Notes under the pieces: generated by a model
Told to the model about the DNA's origin: nothing
Databases searched by the model: none
Seen by the model: the letters and a program-made list of their open reading frames with translations, nothing else
NCBI GenBank assembly: GCA_040954595.2
Contig: CM082579.2
Location: 3,461,227 to 3,525,226, forward strand
Source of the DNA: Balanoglossus misakiensis
Taxonomy: Eukaryota > Animalia > Hemichordata
Length of the DNA: 64,000 nucleotides
Reading direction: 5' to 3'
Translations under genes and position numbers: made by a program
Shown here: positions 12,726-23,716 of the stretch, one piece after another
Numbering within the stretch: position 1 is the first letter of the stretch
Layout: every line of letters starts with the position of its first letter

Positions 12726-15508
12726 ATGGCTACGGGGACCCACTTGGCACAAATCAAAGAGGAATGGTTAGTTTGCGTTCTGTGTCGCCAGCACCGTGGC
12801 ATGGGGCAGCTACAAGTTCTCCCTTGTGCCCACTGTTTCTGTGAGCGTTGCCTGCAGCCACGTGTTGGGAAAAGCGGCGCGGTCTGCCCGCTGTGCCAGT
12901 CTCCCTCGGGACGTCCTCCTCCCTTCGGCGTGGTGGCAGTTTCACCGGAGAATGGCTACGTGAGCGGCGCGTTCGAGCGGGCCCCCCGGCGCGCCGGGCA
13001 TCGCGACTCGGGGACGCAAGTTCTTGCCCCGTGCGATGGCTGCGGGGAAGCGGTAAGCGACGTCAGGTGTCTTCACTGCCGCCACCTGAAACTGTGCAGG
13101 ACATGTGCGCGCGTCCACCGGCGGCTACCGGCAACGAAATCACACCAGCTGGAGGGTCTGGGTGCCCGCTGTCTCGCCACACCTTCGCCGGTGGAGGGTG
13201 TCCGGGTCGATATGTCAGTGAAAAATACAATCGTTCATTGCAAGTTACACCCTGATAATGAGGTCAAATTCTACTGCGATACGTGTAAGTCTGTAGTCTG
13301 TCTGGAATGCACGGTGATTGAGCACCGTGTACCCGAGCACAAACACCGCTATCTCAAAGAGGCGGCTGTCGGGTGTCTCAGGGAATTATCCACCGTTGTT
13401 GAACAGCTCAAAACCAAAGAAGATGTCGCTTTACGCAGTAAAACGGACACGATCGGTGCGGTTTACTTTTTAGATACATGCTTGAGAGAGGCTGAAATTA
13501 AAATCAATTTCAAGGCCAATAGATTGATTCAAAAAGTGCAAAAGGACAGGGAAGAACTCCTGAAGACGTTACGCCATGATTATGCGTCAAGAAAAGCGAC
13601 CCTCCAGAAACAACTCAGCGAACTCCACGTCGCCGAGCGCAGTCTGGCAGACGCGCGGGGCGTGGCGGAGAATATTCTCGCCGACGACAACTATGCGCGC
13701 ACTCTGCTGGCCAAGGATTCGTTGATGGCAGAGGTCGCCGGGCTCTTGAAGAGCGACGTGGGACAGACCCTGGATGTTGAGAACTTGTTGGAGTTTAAAG
13801 GGAACCGCCGCATCGCTGAAATGAGAAACTGTCTTGGCACCTTGGTAGAGTCGCCGATGGCCAATCACGTTGTCGACGATGTCTTCGATATTGAGATGGA
13901 CAACTCCTGGAGTCAGAAACCAACACGTAAGTAGGCTATAGGCCTATAGCCATCGATATCAGAGTAACTCCATGATTAGAGCAAGGGCGTGTCCGCGCGA
14001 AAGAAGAAGTAACGAAATCACTGGTATATCAATTTCACCATTATTGAAGAGAATTCAACTTCTTTCGACTGTGCCATGAACAACTGAAATTTCATGCAAA
14101 TGAAAATACTATAAGTTCATTTTATAGCAATTTCAATTAATGGGGTCCTATGGGAAGAGACACATTTGACCCTTAAACCGTTTAAATGTAAAAAGTCCAA
14201 TCTTGTACGAAAACTCCCAATCGGCACAGCCTTGAAAACGTTCAATAGGATCACAAGACTTTGGCGTTTATGCAAACATGATGAGAATCGTAATTTGAGT
14301 TTGCGATACCTTCTCACGTAACCTTGTCAGGTGGGTTGTTCTCAAATAAACAATGTAAAGGAAGAAATGTATATGAGCTCTTCCGTGAAATTCAATTCCC
14401 GAGTTCATGTGTTTGTACCAGCGCTATTTCTATTTCTCCGCTTCCGCCAGATCATGATGTAACGTGCAATGATATACCTATAGAAGCAGTTTTATCACCA
14501 GGAAACGTGCGATTGTCGAGTTTTGGCTGTGTTGACTTGTTCGCCCCCAGTACCGGCGAAGGATATGCGCGTCCATGGTGAAAAGGGGATATGCTTTATT
14601 TGGACGTGCACCGGGAATGCAAATCAAATTTCGTTTCTTTAACATGTTCATTTTAGGGGTACGGACAATATCAGGATGTCTGATCATTCATCTGTTTAAA
14701 AAATAATACGACACTTCCTTAAAAAAGAAAATTAACAAACAATACGCGTCTACAATGAAGACTGTTGGCCATGTCCTTATGATAAGGCCAAGCAAGATAA
14801 ATGTGTGGTTCCGGTATGTTTTGTAAATCTTGAGTACGTAGATCCGTCAGAAAACATTCCTCATTAGAGATCCCTTGCCAGCTTACGTTTTTATCACTTT
14901 GCTGCAGAGCCATTAGGTGAACATATATCGACAAATTTCAACGCAGGAGTTATAGCACCACTAAGTCAGCCGACGAAGCAGATGAAAACCTCGACGAAGA
15001 GAAATTCGAAAGACAGGTATGTTTAGTCTGCAAAAGTACAAGTGGTTCGGGTGTACCAGACGGAAACATCAGCAGAACCGAAACCCATTCTACTCAATTC
15101 TGTTACAGATCTCTCAAGAATGGAGACGCTGTAGATACCCTAAACGTTCTCCTGTTGAACTGTGACCACTTCTTCGTCGACCTCAACCAAGTCAAACGAA
15201 AGCTCTTCGCCCACACCAACAAACACGTGTTGAAGACCACGGTGCAGTACTTCAGGCTGACGGAGATAGCGAAGACAAGCCGGGCCATCAGGGAGCGTGC
15301 ACGCTGCCCCTCCGAGGCGAGAGACCGACCCCATCTTGCCATCCTCGTGGTACACGCAGAAGAACCGCTGCTTTGCATCAACGAAACCAAATTGGAAATC
15401 GGCTATGCTAGGATTTACTCGGCGCTGCAGGAGTTGACTGGTGAGGCGGTACTAAATTATTTCCAAAATATGGTCACGATCATCATCATCATCATCATCA
15501 CCACCACC

Positions 15509-15540
<32 letters not shown>

Positions 15541-15821
15541 CCGCCAACTAACCGAAGAACCTTCTCTACTTTCCTCTCGCAGACGGAGCCACTATCGTAG
15601 TCATAGTCAATGACAAAAAGTGCAGCGATTCCATGAAGGAATTGATCTCTGAGTGGGCACAGGGCAAAATCAAGTCGCAGTTCGAGCAGCGTTGTCTGTC
15701 TGGGCCTGACGGTTACGTGTTCTCCTGGAACCATTGTCCAAAGGACGGTCATAGGTCAACATTGGTTGAATTTCTGAAGTACAAGGATATACTTCCTCCG
15801 TTTTTATATCCGTACGTATGA
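12726..15821 (+). CDS. TRIM (RING-Bbox1-Bbox2-coiled coil) E3 ligase with an unrecognised ~190-aa alpha/beta (TIR-like?) C-terminal domain; 4 exons
   Basis: Exons 12726-13926, 14947-15016, 15109-15440, 15583-15821 join in frame via GT-AG sites (phases 1,2,1). RING C3HC4 CVLC..PCAHCFCERC..CPLC; B-box1 CDGC..CLHC..LCRTCARVH..SH; B-box2 CKLH..FYCDTC..CLEC..EH..EH; then a helical coiled coil. Confidence 0.85.
15479..15541. repeat. Compound trinucleotide microsatellite (ATC)n(ACC)n(AAC)n in TRIM intron 3
   Basis: atcatcatc...accaccacc...aacaacaac lies between the donor at 15441 and the acceptor at 15582, so the poly-I/T/N in the ORF track is intronic. Confidence 0.9.
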
Positions 15822-16786
15822 TCAATGTGTTTTAAAGAACTTTAAAAAGTGGTTGTGTGTGCATGTATTTCTCACAACGATGTACCCGTGGCGTCTATAT
15901 AGTTCTGTGGATTCAGTTCTGATGGTGGTTCGGCTGTTGACGACTTCAATCACACCTGTCCACTAGTAGTGTAAAAAGGCCAACAGAGAAACCACCATGC
16001 AACAGACTAAAGAATCTCTGTCTATCACTCTCTCTCTCTCTCTCTCATACACTCACTAGAGCCATCGGAGAAGCTGCTTTGGAAACTGGAAGAACGAGGC
16101 TCCCCAAGCAACGAAATATGAGTGACAATAACATTCGTTCCTCTTCATTAAACCACGAATATCTTCGAAGACAATTATCAGAACCTGTAGGTGTTCTTCA
16201 ATACGGAAAACCGCCTTGTGCTACATCAGTGTGGTGAATGAAGGGCAGCGAAAGGGTGGCGTCTGGTATTTACAGTATAACGGTTGCTTGGATACTTGAA
16301 GAGGAGGGAGCAGTGCTCCAACGACATCAAATGTTCCTTGAGGGAGTTATTGTTTTGTATATTATGGTCTAATCATGATGAACTGTGTAACTCCTGACAG
16401 AACACAATCTCTACAGGCATAACATGTCATTTGTGCAAAGGCTAGTCTTAATTAAGTTTAATTTTTTTGTTCTTTCTATACCGGGACTTTATTCATTGCA
16501 GGACAAGATGGTAATATTCTAAAACACCAAACCAACCAGAGATGGCGCTAGTCACATAGCATCTTGGTTACTTATTCACCTACAGTTCAACTTTGTATAA
16601 TTGTTCAAGACAAACGAGACTATTCACTTGCTTCCAGGGGTTGAAGATTTTCAACCACGCCATAGTAAAAAAAATGTGCTATTGATATTGGAAGAAACTG
16701 ATAGAAAATTAATGAAAGACGATTTCATAATCAATAAGTAAAAGCTGGCTGAGGCTTGCTCATGCTAACGAAAAAAGTTCTTGAAC

Positions 16787-18863
16787 TCAGACAAGTTTCA
16801 GATCAAATCTATTGCCACTACCCATTCGGTATTTGTCTGCGTTGCCACACTGCCATCTGACGGTCGCCCAGCCTCCGGGCTGAACACTGAGTACTGTTCC
16901 AGTGCTGCCGGGACCACCATCCTTGGATGTGCAAAATAAAACACACCAAATAAACAAATGATAAAATATGCATAGTAATATCATTCGACAACAATGACAA
17001 ACACCACAACTGGCTTGTCGTGAAAAAATGTCTCACTCTGATACGAAGTGGTGAATTTATAAAATCGAACGTTACAACATTCAGAATTATTGTAACTTGA
17101 CCCCCATTCCTTCACGATCTCTCCCTCACCTGTCATTTTACTTTTATTGGCACTACATCTTACCTGATCTCCCCACACCCAGTCAGGACCTCGTATTACT
17201 CTGTTGCCTGGTTGCACCGTGTCGGGGGCAGCCGGCATTGGTGTTGCCATGCCACCGCAACCACCAATGTCACGGTCCACTTTCGGAACGCGCTAGTTCA
17301 AAACCAAATTAAGGAAGGGTTACTTTTTTGACCAAAGCATTACATCTATGATGAGCAGCCAGCGGTGGGATTGGGACAGGGAACCAGACTAAGTTTTTAA
17401 GGCCACCTAGAGTCAGAAGTTGTAAAACTGACTGGCCAGGATCTTTTTTTCTTTCTTAGTGAATGTGTTGAAGTGTACCAACCTTTCGTTGTTTTTTCCC
17501 TCGAGAACAAGCGATGCGATCCGTCGACTGTTCCACCAGGATCTAGATAAGGATTAAAATGAAAAAGAAAAGCTATGAAAAAACTGCCAAACTGGAAAAT
17601 AATAAACCTATCAACTGGGAAAACTTCTCCATCGACATGAATACAGCAGCGCTATCGCGACATGTATTTTTTTTTCTCTCGAGAGGAGAAACTGGGAAAA
17701 TGAAAACGAAAGAAAGACGTGAAACTCGGCCGTTTTGTCTATCCTGACCAACTTACCAGACTAATCGTACCGATGTCACGGCGCTGGGGAAACGAAGATG
17801 GTTTCTGCGGGCGCGAGAACTGAATCTTGCCTGTCTTTCCGAAAGGATCTACTTTGGCCGAACTGACCTCGTTCAATTTTTGCATCAGGTTCTTGTTAGC
17901 AAAGAGTAATTCGGAAACGCTGCCGAAACGCACTATTTTCCCGGAATAGTCGCACGCATTCCGGGCACCTTCCATCTCGCGTTCCGTTTTCTCTCTGTAC
18001 TCTATGATTTCTCGTTGTCTTTCAGCAAAGACGTCGTCAGCTTGGCTTTTCAAGCCCTCTGCTTCCCTTCTCAATGCCGTGGCCATATCGGCGATTAGTT
18101 GATCGGTTGTCTCGTCGATTGCTCGTTTGGTTTCGCTATGGCTATTGACGAGCAGTTCTTCCGCAGAACGGGCGCCGTCGACCACGAACTGATACTCGGA
18201 CACTTTTTGTTGTGCCGGGGAGAGCATCTGACTGATCGCGTTTCTGATTTTCTCCGCCGATGCGTTCGCATCGTTCAAAGTATGTCCCGCGTGACTGGTG
18301 ACGGAACAGACGACACACAAGGGTGTGCGACAGTTCTCGCAGTACAGCTTCAACGGCTCGTTTGCGTGCAGTTTACACGTCGCCGATGACTGTGATCGCT
18401 CATCTACGAGTTGATCGAGGCTGTCCATGTCGGCGCCCGGAATAACGCGGTGGGTTTTCGTCAGTTTGGTGCGATGGTGGTGCGTGGCGCATGTCTCGCA
18501 CAGGAAATCTCGACAATTTGTACAGAAGGACTTTTCCGTCAGAATGGGCCCGTCACAGCCACAGCAAACAACGTCGCGTCGACTGCCGCCGCTCTTTTCG
18601 CGAGAGTCAAACACTTCGCAAAGACCAGCCACGAAAAAGTTGGAAGGCAAGCTATCAATCCCGCCTACATCGAGCTTGGTGTCGAGACGACAAGCGGGGC
18701 AAGTCAGGACGCCGATCCTCCCGTTTTTACGATAATGCGTCTTGATACAGTTGTCACAGAATGTGTGGAGACATGACAACGTTTTCGGATAACTGAATCT
18801 CTCCAAACAGATCATGCAACTGAGAAATTCATCGTCGATTTTCTCCAGTAAATTGGCCGCCAT
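16787..18863 (-). CDS. TRIM56/TRIM45-like RBCC E3 ligase with C-terminal MIB/HERC2 domain; 3 exons
   Basis: Exons 18863-17757, 17292-17164, 16921-16787 (all phase 0, GT-AG). N-terminus MAANLLEKIDDEFLSCMICLERFSYPKTLSCLHTFC..CPAC (RING), two B-boxes, coiled coil. C-terminus [41 protein letters not shown]..RFDL matches the MIB/HERC2 signature. Confidence 0.9.
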
Positions 18864-19057
18864 GATGCAACGCGATCTAGTACCAGGTGGGCAGGTACTC
18901 TATTACCGAGAAATCGCATCACGTGACAAGCGTACGAACTTTGCCCTTTGGTCTTTTTTTACAATGGTATGGAACCCAGTAGTTCATGTATTATTGTAGT
19001 CGTGGATGACCTGATATTACTGCAAGCAAAATCAAACACTCACTCAATCATAATATA

Positions 19058-19082
19058 TCTATTTATTTATTTATTTATTTAT
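19058..19082 (-). terminator. (AAAT)n microsatellite providing tandem AATAAA signals, probable EXOSC9 polyadenylation region
   Basis: Plus strand (TATT)n reads as overlapping AATAAA on the minus strand, about 440 nt downstream of the EXOSC9 stop. Confidence 0.45.
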
Positions 19083-19518
19083 CAAAGTTGAAGAGGCCAA
19101 TGAAATCACAGTGTTCTATAACACGCACCCAAGCTACTGACATTGTTATCACTTTCAGCAAGGACTGTCTATACTCTAGCTTGTCTTGAGCTTTGTCTGA
19201 ACAGTTGGTAGGATGGTCCGTGATGGGGCTATGGTGTGATCCTGGAGATGTGTTGCTTGGAGTTTCCATCAGATTGTCCAACCCCTGCACATACAACCAG
19301 TTAGCAACATTCTTCTTGCAAAGGTCCATCCGACTGCCTAAACTCCAATGGAGTTGGCCGACCTGCACTGTCACCGTACAGTTAAGAGTCACCTGCCAGA
19401 TTCGTCAGACAGAGAAGCGCCCTCCTGACACAGACCATGGAGAGGAACGGCATTCATCAGATCAGATGAGAATGAATCCTGTCCCACAAGTTGGATGTCA
19501 CAGCAAGTTTTCCTCGTC

Positions 19519-22500
19519 TCACAGATCATCTTGATCCAACACAATCACTTCCTCTTCTTCACTTCCACTCTCAGCTGATAAAAAGAAATGCAAATAAAAA
19601 GACACAGATTTTCAATCACGGCCAAAACAATCTGACTCCCTGATTGATGCATAGAAATAAAATTCTAAGATGATTGATTACCTTCAACGGATATTTTCTT
19701 CTGTTTGTTCTTTTTCTTGGCTTTGCGATTTTTCCGTTTCTTGGTTGCGTCTGGTTTTGCAGATTCGTCTGTGAACCAGGTGTTCGCTCCGCCCTCTCCT
19801 ATTTGCGCAGTGCCCTCACCGAGAACCGTCACAGGTGATGTCCTGTGCTCAGAGTCAAGGATTCGTAACAATCAGTGGATTAGGCCATTTTCGTGACACT
19901 GTATCTAGAGAAAACACTAGAACTTTGACACATACAGACAGTGCCCACACAAAAGGATACACATGCTTTGAATTCTTCATTTCTGTCGTCTCCGCATCTT
20001 GGTTTCCTTCGCCACTTGACATGACTTCGATTTCAGTTTCCTCTTTGTGGAAATTTGTGATTTTCTCTTTTGTAAATGATTCTGCAAAACCAAACTTCTC
20101 ACCGGAAGCCCTGCGGTGAAATAACATGGATATGAATTAGTAAAAAAGTTGAACAGCACACACACAGACCCTGCACCACAGAGAGCAGTGATCTAGTGCC
20201 ATTGACAGTAGGACAGGAGGTACAACTTGTGCAGGCATATCAGGATGTGTGAAGCATCATGGGAAAGGGAGGTACCTACCTTGCTTTGCTGTCATTGGCT
20301 AGTGCTTGTTTTATGACATCTACTAGTTCCGCGACTTTGACAACTGAAATCTGTGTACATCTGAGAATCTGTGAAGTCAAAAGAGAACATTAAATGTTAA
20401 AATTAGCATACCCCTCCAGCAGAGGTCAGAGCCAGCATAGAATTGTGTGACAGTGCTAGGCCAGAGTGGGGCAGGGGGTTGAGAGAGTCTACTGTAGTAC
20501 CTGATCTTTGACCAACATCATGTCACCACTCATTTGCACTGTACAGATTTCCCTGTGTATGTTCATACTGATTATCATATTTCCATCCATCACCCTCTCT
20601 TCCTTCTCTGTTGGATCAACAAGCAGATACTTCCTGAAATGGTGAAACCAAAAACACACTGAGTTTAGTTGAAGGTCTAAAAATGAGACAGTACTTGGAG
20701 TCCAGAGGGCGCTCTCATTTCCATATGAAATAACTGGAAAGATAGCATTTTCACATGTTATAGTTACAAGAGGTTCTGACACAAAACTATCAACAACTTA
20801 CCCTTGATCAAAAAATGCAAATGAGACAGACACCGGCAGATGGTGCACACTGAGAGGAACTGGATCATGGTCCTCAGGGGCATGCTGGGTAAAAAGGAAA
20901 AACAACACAGAAATTCAGCAGGTGACTACACATCTCAGGAGAGATGTCTCAAACGAAAGATTCTCACTTGTTTCTTTGATAAGAAGAATTCTGGGAAGAT
21001 CGACACTTACCACTTGTACCTCCTCGCCGACAACACTCACGTCTGGTCGTCTGAAATGGGACAGGGCACTGAGTGCTGCCATGGTAACGCAATCGACAAT
21101 ATTGCCATCGTGGTTCAGGACATGCACATCTACTCGGATTTCCCAAACCTAAATGTATTATTAAAGAATTTGTTGAAATAAAAATGTTTGGTGAAAATTT
21201 TTATCAAAATTTACCAAAATTCCATTCCATATAATTATCAATCGTACAACACTTACTTTTTCACCTGCTATGATGCACAGTGACTCGGTATCAATGGCTC
21301 TGGAATCACGCACTGTCTTCTCCAATAACCTGGTTATTTCAACAGCAAATTCCGATTGCCTGTTCAAAATATGTAACAAACACTTAGCGTTAAAGCAAGT
21401 GACAGTGAGTGGACAGTCATGTGAAGAAAATTACACTTGGAAGAGGAGGAGAGGGTTACCTCACATCACTCACCTGCCAGGTTCGAAAGATGGCGACGCC
21501 ATTGGAGACAGCTCCACATTGAAATACACTGACCCGTCTGTCGGTCGGTTCTGTCTTGGCTCAACCATATCACATGAAACCTGGGCAAGTACCCTGCAAT
21601 AAAAAGTGTGAAAAGAAGTTTTTTTTTCCTGCTTAAAGACATCTGCCAGCAAGATATCAGTCAATGGGCAAAATCACTTGATCACAATGGATGCCACACA
21701 TAATCACAACTTAAATGTATATCGTTACCTGGTATCACCAAGCTGTACTTCACAGCATCCTCTGTCTTTTCCAAACATGACTTTAATACGGCGGAAATCA
21801 TAGGCTTGTCGGCCGTCCAGTCTCTGGACAAGACACAAGACAAAATGTCCATTAATAAATAAATAGGAGGAAGTCAACCTGATAGTGCTCCGATGGGGCT
21901 CAAGCTACCTTGACTCTCACTCATCTGACAACAGCGCCCCCAAGAGACTGAAGATTCAGCCCTAGTGCATGCTGAGCCTGTGAGAAGTCTCACATTTGCG
22001 CCCCTCCCTCCAGATCAAATTGCCTACACTCCTGGAAAAACCTCGAGCTACAGTCTGCAGCTCACGGTTTTGCCTTCCAACCCCAAAATACATGTACTGG
22101 TAACACATGTACCAAGCAAAATCGAGCTGTGTGGTGGTGGTACAGAGCAGCTACGGTCGAAGTTTGTTGCTTAGGGACTGTCCAGAATTTACTTCCAGGG
22201 TGGGGCTGGAGGATTTCTTATTTTCCTGGTGATTTTTTTCCATGGCCCCCCCTTGTAAATTGTGGAGGAAATCTGTGGCCCCCCCGTAAATTTCCTGTTT
22301 TTTTTTCCATGACCCCCCCCCCCCCCCCCAATATATACATGCATGCTTACCGGTACAGACTACGACACATACAGTCTGATAAGGCTGCATTTACAAACAC
22401 CTCTGGAAGGGGGGGGGGAGAATTAAATTTTTTTTACCGTTAATTTTCACATGCCCCCCGTACACTGTGACAACACGAAATATTTTCAAATCCCCCCCCT

Positions 22501-23354
22501 TCCGAACAGCTTAAAATTTAGAAATCCCATCCCCCATTTTCTTTCACACAGCAAAACACATCACCTATCTATCTTGTGAAAAAAGAAAAACAGCGCTCCC
22601 ATGAAAAGAATTTGAAACTGATGTTTTTCCTCATCAGTGGATATTAAAACTGAACATTGTTTATATTTGTTAAGTATTTGTATTCTGTGTTGGCAGATAT
22701 TGTAAACCGAGAAGTGAAGGGGGTGGGTTTGGGAGGGGGTGTCCCCCTCCCCTGTAAGATAATTTTATAAAATACAGAGCTCAAAGCTGCATTTTAATGA
22801 ACCCAAAAGCAAATTAACTTTTTATATACATATATGAATGATTGATGAGAAAATTAACGAATTCTAGTCTGGACTTGAATTGAGCTCGTCAACAGTAACA
22901 ACACTGACTGTTCACTGTACAGCAGGCAGGCCAAACACTGGGCATTTTATTATGCTTCACAGAGTAGAACAAGAAACTGTATTAGATATACAAAATAACC
23001 CACCGTAAAAATTACCGGAAATTCAAGCTTATGAAGATTTAATGCACTTGCGGAGTTCATCTGTCATCCAGGTAGCCATGGTGGTTTGTTTCTTATAAAT
23101 CAGTACTTCTGGGCAAATATTGAGTTTGTGAGAGTTTTTTACATGGCCCCCCCTAAAGGATTGTGATTTTTATGTCTGACCCCCCCTAATTTTTCTTGGG
23201 GAAAATGGGTGGCCCCCCCTGAAAATCCTCCAGCCCCCCCCCCCTGGAAGTAAATTCTGGACAGTCCCTTATGTCGTGTTGCTCTTACCTTTGATTTTCT
23301 TAAGCAGTTCAAGAGAAACTCCCTCTCAACTATTGGTGTTTTCGCACTCTTCAT
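19519..23354 (-). CDS. EXOSC9: Exosome complex component RRP45 (PM/Scl-75)
   Basis: Multi-exon (e.g. 23354-23289, 21823-21729, 21593-21474, 21359-21257, ... 19842-19682, 19574-19519). Motifs: EREFLL..RLDGRQAYDFRRI, VLAQVSC, FNVELSPMASPSFEPGR, RLLEK..SRAIDTESLCIIAGEKVW, HVLNHDGNIVDC..AL.HFRRPDVSV, LLVDPTEKEERVMDG, MNIHREIC, GTAQIGEG, and acidic SIM SGSEEEEVIVL. Confidence 0.95.
19843..19960 (-). other. U12-type (minor spliceosome) GT-AG intron in EXOSC9
   Basis: Minus-strand 5' end GTATCCTTTT at 19960; branch point TCCTTGAC at 19861-19854, about 10 nt before the AG; no polypyrimidine tract; splicing keeps frame (KH-V-TSPVTVLGEG). Confidence 0.85.
22174..23268. mobile_element. Non-autonomous PIF/Harbinger-type DNA transposon (MITE-like, 1095 bp) in EXOSC9 intron 1
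   Basis: TIRs GGGACTGTCCAGAATTTACTTCCAGGG..GGGCTGGAGGATTT (left) and AAATCCTCCAGCCC..CCCTGGAAGTAAATTCTGGACAGTCCC (right); TTA target-site duplication on both sides (22171-22173, 23269-23271); internal poly-C/G tracts; no transposase ORF. Confidence 0.88.
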
Positions 23355-23716
23355 CTTTTGGATGTTACAGTATCTTAGGGTGCGATCAGCTGGTTCACTG
23401 ACTGGTTGTAAACACACACATGGGTTTCGAAACAGGAAGTCGGTGGGTACCATGTGACTTTATCATTCCCGTGATGTCATCATTTGCTCTATATACTAAG
23501 CTACGAGCATTTTTATTGGTCAAACCTTTGCATAATATCCACATTGGGTCTGGCTAGACCAATACACACTAAGTATAACAGCAGCTTTGGCAATACTCCT
23601 ATCATCACATGACTTATCCTCATCTGCCATTATTTTTTGCACAGGGCAAGAGGAGACTGCAGTATCATCTCAAACCAACTATTTTTCAAGAAAAACCTGC
23701 CAGAAAAACATTAATC
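23355..23716. promoter_or_regulatory. Bidirectional promoter EXOSC9/ATP6V0C with M-box/CLEAR-like, ETS and CCAAT motifs
   Basis: Start codons 362 bp apart. CAGGAAGT at 23433, CATGTGAC at 23451, TCACATGAC at 23605, ATTGG/CCAAT motifs around 23515-23565. Confidence 0.65.

Noticed and set aside
15441-15613. Poly-Ile/Thr/Asn tail in ORF 15155-15613
   Set aside because: Lies in an intron with good GT-AG sites; the spliced frame continues into 15583-15821.
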